A stretch of 64,000 nt of DNA from Deltaproteobacteria bacterium HGW-Deltaproteobacteria-19. Its GTDB lineage: Bacteria > Desulfobacterota > Syntrophia > Syntrophales > PHBD01. The stretch is from positions 6,524 to 70,523 of the forward strand of contig PHBD01000013.1 of the NCBI GenBank assembly GCA_002841865.1, in the 5' to 3' direction. This document shows, one piece after another, positions 6,608 to 15,183 of the stretch. Position 1 is the first letter of the stretch, and each line of letters starts with the position of its first letter. The translations under genes were made by a program, and so were the position numbers. Under the pieces are notes generated by a model. It did no database searches and was not told where the DNA came from. It saw nothing but the letters and a program-made list of their open reading frames with translations.

Positions 6608-7969
6608 CTACACCTTGCTGGAATCCTTCCTCGCAGGGATCATGTCCGTTATAGAGGACATAGTGTCCGCTATACAGAATTTCTTAACTTGCGTATTAAG
6701 CCATGATCTGCTGATGCCTGCCCGACGAGCCGCCTCGGATTGATTCCTACCCGTTGCCCTCAAGAGGTCCTCGTAATACCGCCGATGAAGGTCTTTCAGG
6801 GAGTATGCCGACAAATCCGGCTTCGTGTCCGGGGGCATTTCAGGCAATCGCAGAGCGTTTTTCGGTGAAGTCGCTCCAGCAAAGAGTGAGGCCAAAAGAC
6901 TGAAACCTTCGAAAGCTCGCTCAACCTCCGGAATTGTCCCGTCCGCTTGCTCTTTCGCGTTCTTGAATGGCCGAACAGAAGACTCTTCAATGTCCAGTCC
7001 ATGTCTTTGAAGGAACAACCTTATCTTACCCACATCCCCTTTCAGGGCGTCCCGTAATTCTGTCGGATATTTCTTTAAGCCCTGGCGGATTTCTGTTGAA
7101 AGATAATCGAGTCTTTTCTTTTCTGTTATGTTCTCTAACCATTGCATTGCTGCCCTAACGATGGCATCCGATTCAGGCAAGAAGCTGAGTGATGGGAAGA
7201 TTTTAGTTTTGCGCTTTCTTCTCGAATGGCAAGGCTGAGAGGACACCCCCGCATGCTTCGCTTTACAGATAGATTCGTCTAATAACCCGATCTCGATTTC
7301 CTGACCTACTCGTTCAATCTCCCGGACCCCGCCCGGCCAGGGATGCGCCAAGAGTTCCAGAACCTCCTTGGACGTCAAAGCTTCAAAGAGTGTAGGAAAG
7401 AGCCCACACAGGTAATAGAGGACGTCCCCGCGTCGTTCGTGGATGGCGGGAACCTTGAAATGATAGAAGCGGTCCAGGAAGTCCGGCCGGAAAGCTCTGT
7501 CTGGCTTGTTTGTTGTGCCAAAGAACCAAAGTTGCCCGATATTCAAATTATTCTTTCCGCCAACTCGCTGAAAATTTCCGTCCTCCAACACAGTCAAGAG
7601 TTTTGCCTGTACCCATTTGGGAATATCCCCGATCTCCTCTAATACGAGGAGGCCGTCCTCCGCTTGCTCCAAGAGACCGATTTTTTTCTCTGTAGCCCCC
7701 GTGAAGGCCCCCTTCTCATGCCCGAAGAGTTCCGATTCTATGAGATTAGGCTGTAGGGCCGCGATGTTCCGTTGGATGACCTTTCCCGTAGTGACTTTGG
7801 GATTCACCCCTATAAATTTTTGCACAAAAAGTGTCTTTCCGACACCCCGCGGCCCCCGGATGATGATCGGTTTCCGCAACAGCTTGAAATAAGTGCATAC
7901 GTCCTCGAACTGAGCAAGGGGTTCCCTGAGTCCAGGGGTTATGATCATTCCGTTCTGCTTCTTTACCAT
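6608..7969 (-). CDS. sigma54-interaction-domain AAA+ activator without an N-terminal sensory domain, with a C-terminal Fis-type HTH
   Basis: Walker A GPRGVGKT occurs by residue 40. ESELFGHEKGAFTGA carries an intact GAFTGA. LLVLEEIGD is the Walker B. FRPDFLDRF and WPGGVREIE are also present. The C-terminus has QSEAARRAGISRSWL. About 170 aa in the middle cannot be assigned. Confidence 0.8.
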   Translation of the reverse strand: MVKKQNGMIITPGLREPLAQFEDVCTYFKLLRKPIIIRGPRGVGKTLFVQKFIGVNPKVTTGKVIQRNIAALQPNLIESELFGHEKGAFTGATEKKIGLLEQAEDGLLVLEEIGDIPKWVQAKLLTVLEDGNFQRVGGKNNLNIGQLWFFGTTNKPDRAFRPDFLDRFYHFKVPAIHERRGDVLYYLCGLFPTLFEALTSKEVLELLAHPWPGGVREIERVGQEIEIGLLDESICKAKHAGVSSQPCHSRRKRKTKIFPSLSFLPESDAIVRAAMQWLENITEKKRLDYLSTEIRQGLKKYPTELRDALKGDVGKIRLFLQRHGLDIEESSVRPFKNAKEQADGTIPEVERAFEGFSLLASLFAGATSPKNALRLPEMPPDTKPDLSAYSLKDLHRRYYEDLLRATGRNQSEAARRAGISRSWLNTQVKKFCIADTMSSITDMIPARKDSSKV

Positions 7970-8080
7970 CGCCTCATCCTCTCTTCGGCTCCCGTTTAAT
8001 GACCAGGGGAAACGGGGAGGGATGCCCCCGCTTATCGGCCCGTCGGCCTATCCCCCATAGAAGGTTATATCCCGGTATCG

Positions 8081-8782
8081 CTATAACGCCTTTTTGATTC
8101 CATCATTATTGAGAAGTTCGCTCAGTCGCTTTGTTATAGCTCCATTAATCAACACATCACGTTTTTCTCTGCTTTCTCCTTTCCCTCCTAGATCATCTTC
8201 CCCTTTTATTTCAGTGGTTGCTACAGCCTGAACTCCTGCATTATTGTAAACAGTCAGTGAGACGGCATAAAAAAAACCAAGATTATAGAATTCTTCGGTC
8301 ATCCATTCGTTTATAACCACGATTATTATTTTATCATATTTTTGTAACCCGTATTTATTCAAAGAGTCGGTAGTAATTTTCTCTTTGGGTTCTATTCTTA
8401 CAGTCTCAACGCTAAAACCAGCTTTCTTCATCGCATCTGAGACTATACCAGATACGGTGTCTGCTAAACTCCTTCCGTCATCCGTAATTAAATCAATAGG
8501 TGGACTTAGAGTCGGACCCCATAGAACAACCCTTCGAATGTGTCCGGTATATTGCTGTTTAGTTTTTTCAGACACAACATAGGGACGTTGATCATGGACG
8601 ACAAGAAGAACGGAGGCTGTTCCAGAATAATTAAGAATTGGGAGGACAGATTTGTAGCTAGAAACAGGTTGATACACATAATCAGGGGCATACGGATCAC
8701 TTGTGGCAGATTTGGGGTATGGGGTTGACCAACACGCGGAAAGGAGAATCGTCAAGACGAAAAGTGCAAAGACCTTCTTCAT
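8081..8782 (-). CDS. lipoprotein, function unknown (AT-rich cargo)
   Basis: Signal peptide plus lipobox (LTILLSAC). 233 aa. Visibly AT-rich compared with int and the activator gene. No family recognised. Confidence 0.6.
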   Translation of the reverse strand: MKKVFALFVLTILLSACWSTPYPKSATSDPYAPDYVYQPVSSYKSVLPILNYSGTASVLLVVHDQRPYVVSEKTKQQYTGHIRRVVLWGPTLSPPIDLITDDGRSLADTVSGIVSDAMKKAGFSVETVRIEPKEKITTDSLNKYGLQKYDKIIIVVINEWMTEEFYNLGFFYAVSLTVYNNAGVQAVATTEIKGEDDLGGKGESREKRDVLINGAITKRLSELLNNDGIKKAL

Positions 8783-8850
8783 AACTTAACCCCCTTGGAT
8801 GTTTGAAGTAAATTACCTCCTAAAACAGCGTTCAACGCACTGAGCAAACC

Positions 8851-10083
8851 TTATCGGACCTTCCGCACCATCGGCAGGACCTTTGCCCCCGACTTTAGAC
8901 CATCTAAATAATCCGCCCAAAGCTGCATCATCTTCCGGCGCTCGGCAAGGTGCGCCGTCCGGTTGTAGGCCCGCCCATTCGGGTCTCTGACGGCATGGCC
9001 TAGCTGGTGTTCGATGAAATCCGGCCTCACTTGCAGCACTTCGTCAAGGATTGTTCGCGCCATGGCCCGGAAGCCGTGCGGAGTCATTGTTTCCTTGTCG
9101 TAATCCATCCGCCGCAGCGCTGACAGCAAGGTGTTGTTGCTCATGGGTCGGGAAAGGGATCTTCCAGAGGGGAACACATATCGGCTTGAACCGGTCAGTT
9201 CTTTCAGTTCCGTTAGTATCTCCATGGCCTGATGGCACAAGGGGACCATGTGCGGTTGCTTCATTTTCATCTTCCCTGCCGGGATGTTCCAGACCGCCTC
9301 GTCAAAGTCTATCTCTGCCCACTCAGCATGCCTCAGTTCACCAGGACGCACGAAAAAGAGCGGGGCAAGCCTCAGGGCACACTTGACAACGAAGTGGCCG
9401 TGATAGCCGTCTATGGCTCTAAGGAGCGGAGCGACTTCTTTCGGGTCGGTGATCGCGGCGTGGTGTTTCTCGCCAGGTCGCGGTAAGGCCCCCTTGAGAT
9501 CGGCGGAGGGGTCGCGTTCCGCCCTTCCTGTAGCGACTGCATACCGGAATACCTGACCGGCAATAGCTCTTATCCTGTGGGCCGATTCCAAGGCTCCCCT
9601 TGATTCGACACGGCGTAGGACCGCAAGGAGTTCGGGGGCCTTTATTTCGTTGATCGGATGCGCACCCATCCAGGGGAAGAGGTCACGTTCCATGCGGCCC
9701 ATGACGGTGACTGAATGCGACGCCGTCCACGTGGGATTGAATTTCGCGTGCCATTCACGGGCAATGACCTCGAAAGTCTCTGTTGTTTCGTTGTTAGCCT
9801 GCTTCTGTGCTTTGCGAACTGCTCCGGGATCAATGCCGTTGGCTACCTGCTTTCGCGCCATATCCCGTCTTAGCCTAGCATCGGCAAGGGTGATCTCCGG
9901 GTATGATCCAAAGGCGAGAAGTTTTTCCTTTCCGCCGAAACGGTACTTAAAGCGCCAGAGTTTCCCGCCCTCCGGAGTGACGAGAAGGAAAAGCCCCTGC
10001 CCGTCAAACAGCGTCAACCGCTTTCCTTGAGGCTTCGCTTTTTGCACCGCCATGTCCGTCAGGGGAACTATCCGCTTTGGCAT
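8851..10083 (-). CDS. int: tyrosine recombinase / integrase, P4-like (DUF4102 N-terminus)
   Basis: The ATG at 10083 follows GGGAGG; the ORF-track start at 10149 runs through upstream repeats. The N-terminus is LTDMAVQKAKPQGKRLTLFDGQGLFLLVTPEGGKLWRFKYRF. The catalytic region includes HGFRAMARTIL...HQLGHAVR...AYNRTAHL. Confidence 0.9.
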   Translation of the reverse strand: MPKRIVPLTDMAVQKAKPQGKRLTLFDGQGLFLLVTPEGGKLWRFKYRFGGKEKLLAFGSYPEITLADARLRRDMARKQVANGIDPGAVRKAQKQANNETTETFEVIAREWHAKFNPTWTASHSVTVMGRMERDLFPWMGAHPINEIKAPELLAVLRRVESRGALESAHRIRAIAGQVFRYAVATGRAERDPSADLKGALPRPGEKHHAAITDPKEVAPLLRAIDGYHGHFVVKCALRLAPLFFVRPGELRHAEWAEIDFDEAVWNIPAGKMKMKQPHMVPLCHQAMEILTELKELTGSSRYVFPSGRSLSRPMSNNTLLSALRRMDYDKETMTPHGFRAMARTILDEVLQVRPDFIEHQLGHAVRDPNGRAYNRTAHLAERRKMMQLWADYLDGLKSGAKVLPMVRKVR

Positions 10084-10094
10084 GGGAACCTCCC

Positions 10095-10151
10095 TTTTGG
10101 GTGTACGCGATTTGTTTTGGGTGTACGCAAGGCCCCCGCGTATACCCAAAA
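10095..10151. repeat. three copies of a 14-mer upstream of int (two direct, one inverted)
   Basis: TTTTGGGTGTACGC occurs at 10095-10108 and 10115-10128. GCGTATACCCAAAA at 10138-10151 is the reverse complement of TTTTGGGTATACGC. Confidence 0.6.
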
Positions 10152-10279
10152 TCGGTGGCTTTTGATGGATTGCATAGCACGGGAATGGACAACAAGCAAG
10201 AAAAAACCAGCTATTTCTAACGGGTTTTGGCCTGCATTGGTCAGCGTTGGATTATGTCGTGATGGACGACGGGTCCATC

Positions 10280-10483
10280 CTACCGCCTGCCGAAGTAGAC
10301 CAGGAGCAGCCCCGTGACGATGGCCCCCAGGCCGAGGATCCGGAGTGTCCGGTCGGGGATTTCCAGGAGCTTTACCAGGTATTGCTTGATCTGTGCCGGG
10401 AAGGCGAAATAAGGCAGGCCCTCGACGATGAAGACCAGCCCGAGGACGCAGAGGAAGAATTCAATCGCGTTTGTCTGTTCCAT
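10280..10483 (-). CDS. DUF2065-family small membrane protein
   Basis: From MEQTNAIEFFLCVLGLVFIVEGLPYFAFP...LRILGLGAIVTGLLLVYFG. I chose the ATG at 10483 instead of the ORF-track start at 10561. The hairpin gatggac/gtccatc at 10260-10279 follows the stop. Confidence 0.6.
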   Translation of the reverse strand: MEQTNAIEFFLCVLGLVFIVEGLPYFAFPAQIKQYLVKLLEIPDRTLRILGLGAIVTGLLLVYFGRR

Positions 10484-10582
10484 ATTATTTTTTATGCCTC
10501 GATGCGGGATAGGCCCGGTGGATCCGACGGCGGTCAGCTGTTGTTCCCGCAAGATAATCACGTTATTTCGCTACGGACATCC

Positions 10583-11011
10583 TTACGGAAGAAATCCCAC
10601 CTTTTGCAGGACCCGCAGGGTGTTGCGCGCCACGGGAAGGGCATCCAGATCCTTCGGAGACAGCCAGCGGGCATCTGCGGCGTCGTCATCGGCCCGGACG
10701 TCCCCCGAGACGTATTCCGCCGTCACGTCCACGATGACGTAGTGGAAGCGGATCCGCCCCGCCTGGTCGCGCTCGAAGAAGTCGAAGGTGTGAACCGGAT
10801 CGCCGGCCCGGATCACGATTCCCGTTTCCTCCAGAATCTCCCGTTCCGCCCCTTCCTGAATTGTTTCACCCAGTTCCAGGGATCCTCCGGGAATGGCCCA
10901 GAGGCCGCGGCTGGGTTCGATGCCCCGCTGGACGAGGAGAACCCTGCCCTTCCGGATGACGATGGCCCCCACGCCGACCCGGGGCCGATCGGGGTACTCC
11001 CGCCCGCTCAC
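10583..11011 (-). CDS. NUDIX hydrolase
   Basis: Nudix box GGSLELGETIQEGAEREILEETG. Confidence 0.85.
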   Translation of the reverse strand: MSGREYPDRPRVGVGAIVIRKGRVLLVQRGIEPSRGLWAIPGGSLELGETIQEGAEREILEETGIVIRAGDPVHTFDFFERDQAGRIRFHYVIVDVTAEYVSGDVRADDDAADARWLSPKDLDALPVARNTLRVLQKVGFLP

Positions 11012-11781
11012 GGCGACGCCTCCGCGGAAAATGTGAACCGGGCCGTCATCCGGGGTTCGGGAGAGCCCTGGAAGGAACGTTCGATGAACGTGATCCCGCC
11101 GCGGCGGTTCATCATTAGAATGGTCGAGGAACGAGTGCCGTACGTCGGGCTTGCGATGAACAGCGGCGACAGGATCCGTTCCCAGTCGAGGCCGATCCCC
11201 GTCTCGGGAAGATCCCCGTCGGGGACCCGCTCCATGTCCGTGAGGGGCCGGAAGAGGGCTTCCGGGTCCGGTTCGGGATTCTGCTCCAGGAGGAGGCGGA
11301 AGGCCTCCCGGCCCCGGCGGATCTTTGGCCAGGGCGTGTCCAGGAGGGCGTTGGACAGTCCGTGGACACCCGGGGATACGGGACCCGACGGCCCCCTGCT
11401 GGATAGATAGAAAAGGGAATCCTGATCACCCGCGAAGAGATTGAAAGGGTTGTAGTCCCGCGCCCGGGGGGCAAGTCTTTCCATGTACTCCGCCGGCCGT
11501 TCCGATCCGGCCAGGAAGTCCCGAACGAGCCATCCCCGGGAGGGTGTCCCGGACCGGATGGCCGCCGGATCCCGGAAGTTCGTCAGGGCCGCCCAGCGTC
11601 CCTGACGGGTCACGCCGAGCCAGGTCCCTCCGTCCTGGAGGTCCCGCCCGCCCAGGATGTCGGGCCGGTCTGACCAGAAATCCGCCGCCGCTGTCGGCCG
11701 GTCGTAGAATTCGTCCCGGTTGGCTGCCAGGATCAGCGGGTATTCAGGATGGGCCTGCCAGGCCAGGAGAATCAGGCACAT
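11008..11781 (-). CDS. NRDE-family (TANGO2-like) protein
   Basis: MCLILLAWQAHPEYPLILAANRDEFYDRP, starting at the ATG at 11781. Confidence 0.75.
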   Translation of the reverse strand: MCLILLAWQAHPEYPLILAANRDEFYDRPTAAADFWSDRPDILGGRDLQDGGTWLGVTRQGRWAALTNFRDPAAIRSGTPSRGWLVRDFLAGSERPAEYMERLAPRARDYNPFNLFAGDQDSLFYLSSRGPSGPVSPGVHGLSNALLDTPWPKIRRGREAFRLLLEQNPEPDPEALFRPLTDMERVPDGDLPETGIGLDWERILSPLFIASPTYGTRSSTILMMNRRGGITFIERSFQGSPEPRMTARFTFSAEASP

Positions 11782-11782
11782 A

Positions 11783-12565
11783 TCAGGACTGCCCGGTCCG
11801 GACGCCCGCCAGGATCTTCTCCATTGCATCCCCGGCGCCTGCCTGGAGGACCAGGTCCGCGTCCATGTCGTAAGGGGTGGGCGTCATATTGATGATGACG
11901 AGCTTCGCGCCGGCCTCCTTGGCGTAGGCGGGCATGTAGGCGGCGGGATAGACGACGAGGGAGGAGCCGATGACGATGAAGAGGTCGCAGCTCCGGGCGT
12001 GGTTGGTCGCGTCCCGCAGGACCTCCGGGGGAAGCATCTCGCCGAAGAAAATCACGTCGGGTTTCAGGATGCCGCGGCACTTTTTGCATACCGGCACGTC
12101 GGGACCGGACATGGACTGCCACAGGATCGACTCCAGGGCGTAGCGCTCGCTGCAGTCAAGGCACTTCACAAAGGCCATATTGCCGTGAAGCTCGTAGACG
12201 CGCTCGGGGTTGTTCCCTGCCTTCTGGTGCAGGTTGTCCACGTTCTGGGTGATGACGGCCCGCAGCCGGCCCATCCGCTCCAGCTCCGCCACGGCCCGGT
12301 GGGCCCGGTTCGGCTCGGCGGAGGTGAAAAGCCCGCTCTCCAGGAGAAAACGCCATTGTTTCCGGCGGGTCTGCGGGCTGGAGAGAAACTTGTCGATGGT
12401 GAAGTCCTCGGGGTCGAACTTCGTCCAGATCCCCCCGGGGCTCCGGAAGTCGGGGATGCCGGATTCGGTGCTCACGCCGGCGCCGGTGAAGACGACGATG
12501 TCGGACGACCGGGCGATCATCCCGGCCACGGCGCCGATCTGCTTTTCCAGGCTCGTCTCCGTCAT
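11783..12565 (-). CDS. cobB: Sir2-family NAD-dependent protein deacylase
   Basis: Motifs [15 protein letters not shown] and QNVDNLH, plus the Zn ribbon CLDC...CKKC. Confidence 0.85.
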   Translation of the reverse strand: MTETSLEKQIGAVAGMIARSSDIVVFTGAGVSTESGIPDFRSPGGIWTKFDPEDFTIDKFLSSPQTRRKQWRFLLESGLFTSAEPNRAHRAVAELERMGRLRAVITQNVDNLHQKAGNNPERVYELHGNMAFVKCLDCSERYALESILWQSMSGPDVPVCKKCRGILKPDVIFFGEMLPPEVLRDATNHARSCDLFIVIGSSLVVYPAAYMPAYAKEAGAKLVIINMTPTPYDMDADLVLQAGAGDAMEKILAGVRTGQS

Positions 12566-12772
12566 GCTCGTTTTCCACCCCTTCTGGAAGTCGTTCCTCT
12601 GTATGGAGAATGGCCGGCGATGTCAACGGGAAAGACGCCGGGGGGACAGCCGGTGCGGCCCCTGCGCAGGGTCTCGACCGCCACGTCCCGTACTTTTTGT
12701 TTGTCTTTGGCCCGTGATTTGGTTAAGGATAATCGCTCCGTTCAGGACAGGGGCTCTCCGACAGAGGAAACC

Positions 12773-13843
12773 ATGGCGAGACGCAGGATCAAGCGGTCGG
12801 CAAAGTCCGGCCTACCCCCCGGAACGCTTGTGCACATCGGTGAACGCCGCGCGGAAGAGTCGCGGATCACCATGCTCCGGTACGAAGGGGAGCATTTCGA
12901 GGAGCGCATCGTTCCGGCCCACCAGGTGGTCCGCCCGCCCCGGGACCAGGGAGGGGTCGCCTGGTACCACGTGGCGGGGTTGCACGACGTCGCGGTCCTG
13001 GCGCGCCTGGGCGAGGTCTTCGGCCTCCACCCCCTGATCCTGGAGGACATACTCAACACGGAGCAGCGTCCCAAGATCGATGAGACGGAGGAATACGTCT
13101 TTCTCGTCCTCAAGGGCTTCGTCAGCAGCGAGGAACCCACGGGCCAGCTGATTTCCGAGCAGATCAGCATTGTCTTTGGGCCCAACTGGGTCCTGTCGCT
13201 TCAGGAGCGGGAGGGGAACCGTTTCAGTACCCTCCGTGACCGGATCGCCTCCTGCCAGGGGCGGATCTGCAGCCAAGGCGCCGACTACCTGGCCTACGCC
13301 CTCCTGGATCAACTGGTGGACGGTTATTTCACAGTCCTGGAACAGATGAGGGAGCGGATCGGGGAGGTGGAGGATGCGGTCCTGCAGCGTCCCGTCCCGG
13401 CAACGCTTCACGCCATTCAACAACTGAAGCGGGAGGGGATGTTCCTCCGGAAATCCGTCTGGCCCCTGCGCGAGGTCGTAAGCCGCCTGGAGCGGCTGGA
13501 AGAGCCCCTGATCCGGCCGGCCACGGGGATCTACCTCCGGGACGTGTACGATCACGTGATCCAGGTCAACGACGCCATCGAGAACGACCGGGACATGCTC
13601 TCGGCCATGCTCGACATCTACCTGTCGAGCATCAACAACCGGATGAACGAGGTCATGAAGGTGCTGACCGTCATCGCCACCATCTTCATGCCCATGACGT
13701 TCCTGGCCGGGGTGTACGGCATGAACTTCAAGCATTTCCCGGAAATCGAATGGGTCTGGGGCTATCCTTACCTGTTCTGGGGGCTGATCCTGGTGATGGG
13801 CCTGTCGATGTTTGCTTATTTCAAAAGAAGAAAATGGATGTAA
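12773..13843 (+). CDS. corA: magnesium/cobalt transporter CorA
   Basis: ATG at 12773 (MARRRIKRS...). The C-terminus has two TM helices and the YGMNF motif. The 707-aa ORF-track version is an antisense-overlap artefact. Confidence 0.85.
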   Translation: MARRRIKRSAKSGLPPGTLVHIGERRAEESRITMLRYEGEHFEERIVPAHQVVRPPRDQGGVAWYHVAGLHDVAVLARLGEVFGLHPLILEDILNTEQRPKIDETEEYVFLVLKGFVSSEEPTGQLISEQISIVFGPNWVLSLQEREGNRFSTLRDRIASCQGRICSQGADYLAYALLDQLVDGYFTVLEQMRERIGEVEDAVLQRPVPATLHAIQQLKREGMFLRKSVWPLREVVSRLERLEEPLIRPATGIYLRDVYDHVIQVNDAIENDRDMLSAMLDIYLSSINNRMNEVMKVLTVIATIFMPMTFLAGVYGMNFKHFPEIEWVWGYPYLFWGLILVMGLSMFAYFKRRKWM

Positions 13844-13876
13844 TGAAACGAAAATAGAATCGAGGAGGTATTTGCA

Positions 13877-14362
13877 ATGGGAAACCTGTTTGACGCCACG
13901 GACATCGTCCAGTTTGCCGTCCGCATTGAAGAAAACGGAGCGAACTTCTATCGTTTCGCTGTCCAGATCACGAAGGATGATGACGCGAAGAAGATTTTCG
14001 AGAAGCTTGCCGAGGAGGAGGTGAAGCACGGGAAGACCTTCTCGCAGATCTTCGCAGCCATGGAGAAGAGCCCCCCCCCAACTGAGCTGTTCGAGGGGGA
14101 ATACGGCGCGTACCTGCGCAGCTACGTGGACAATGCCATCATCTTCAAGAAGGAGGCCCTCGACCAGGAACTGGCGCTCGTGAAGGACACCGTCGGCGCC
14201 CTGGATTTCGGTATCCGCCGGGAGCTCGACTCCATCACCTACTACCACGAGATCAAGCAGCTCCTGGGAGCCGGAAACTTCGACGCGGTGGACAAGATCA
14301 TCGCCGAGGAGCGGAAGCACTTCTGCATCCTGACGGACCTGAAGGCGAAGTACTCGAAGTAA
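13877..14362 (+). CDS. ferritin-like / rubrerythrin-family diiron protein
   Basis: Two ExxH motifs (AEEEVKH and AEERKH) in a four-helix pattern. Confidence 0.6.
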   Translation: MGNLFDATDIVQFAVRIEENGANFYRFAVQITKDDDAKKIFEKLAEEEVKHGKTFSQIFAAMEKSPPPTELFEGEYGAYLRSYVDNAIIFKKEALDQELALVKDTVGALDFGIRRELDSITYYHEIKQLLGAGNFDAVDKIIAEERKHFCILTDLKAKYSK

Positions 14363-14438
14363 ATTCGGCATGGATGCCTGGAGCGATCCGTTTCGGGCAT
14401 CCATGTGTAGGAAGAAGGAAGGGGGAGAGATTGAATTC

Positions 14439-15119
14439 ATGGCAACAATGAATCTGACAAAGGAAGGGTCCGTTTACGTCCTCACCATGACGAACGGAGT
14501 GGAACAGAACACCATGACCCTGGACTGGACCGCCGAATTCCAGGCCGCCTTGGACGAAGTCGCGGCGGCCGAGGGAAACGCGGCCTTTATGGTCACAAGC
14601 AACGATCCGAAATTCTGGAGCAACGGGATCAACCTGCCCTGGCTCCTCGCCCAGCCGAAGGAGTGCTTCCCCCGGCTGAAGGAAAAGCTTGACGGCCTGT
14701 TCGTGCGGATCGCCCTCCTGGACATGCCCACGGTGGCCTGTCTCGTGGGGCACACCTTCGCCGGGGCGGCCGTCATGTCCACCTGCTTCGACTTCCGCCT
14801 CATGCGGGAGGACCGGGGCTTTTTCTGCTTCTCCGAAGTGGACGTCCGGGTCCCCTTCACGCCCCTGATGCATGAGATGATCGCCACCCTCACGGATTAT
14901 CCCAGCCTCCGGGAACTGATGCTGACGGGGAAGCGGATCGCCGGGCCCGAGGCCTTGGCCATGAAGGTCGTCTCGGCGATCTATCCGGGTGACGTCCTGC
15001 CGGCGAAAGCAATGGAATTCGCTGATTTCCTGTCCAAGAAGGATCGGGCGACGTTCACTTCGATCAAGCGGGGCCTCCGGCAGGGATTGATCGACAAGGT
15101 GGAGGCGCAGAAAAAATAG
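14439..15119 (+). CDS. enoyl-CoA hydratase/isomerase (crotonase) family protein
   Basis: ATG at 14439 follows GGAAGGGGGAG. Crotonase-like core GHTFAGAAVMSTCFDFRLMREDRGFFCFSEVDV. Confidence 0.7.
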   Translation: MATMNLTKEGSVYVLTMTNGVEQNTMTLDWTAEFQAALDEVAAAEGNAAFMVTSNDPKFWSNGINLPWLLAQPKECFPRLKEKLDGLFVRIALLDMPTVACLVGHTFAGAAVMSTCFDFRLMREDRGFFCFSEVDVRVPFTPLMHEMIATLTDYPSLRELMLTGKRIAGPEALAMKVVSAIYPGDVLPAKAMEFADFLSKKDRATFTSIKRGLRQGLIDKVEAQKK

Positions 15120-15183
15120 ACCCGTCCCCGGAGACGGATTTCAACTCTGTCCCCGGGGGTACGGACCCTGTGGCAAAGGACGT

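Larger units (their letters stand above)
1..10151. mobile_element. Integrative element with P4/PICI-like order (int, cargo, xis/alpA, PrimPol-helicase, small accessory genes). Left end lies outside the window.
   Basis: Tyrosine integrase at the right edge. A co-oriented, tightly packed minus-strand gene train follows it. AT-rich ORFs are interspersed. Composition switches to uniformly GC-rich housekeeping genes right of about 10.25 kb. Confidence 0.65.

Noticed and set aside
10084-10279. Expected a tRNA/tmRNA gene or an obvious att core next to the P4-type integrase.
   Set aside because: There is no T-arm-like GGTTCGAATCC/GGATTCGAACC and no cloverleaf-compatible segment. Only the 14-mer repeats and a terminator-like hairpin (10260-10279) for the DUF2065 gene are present. 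The att site cannot be defined without the other end of the element.
11720-13843. 707-aa ORF fusing a long N-terminal extension to CorA.
   Set aside because: The extension lies antisense to cobB and has the Arg/Gly/Pro-rich composition typical of GC-rich shadow frames. The CorA homology begins at the ATG at 12773.
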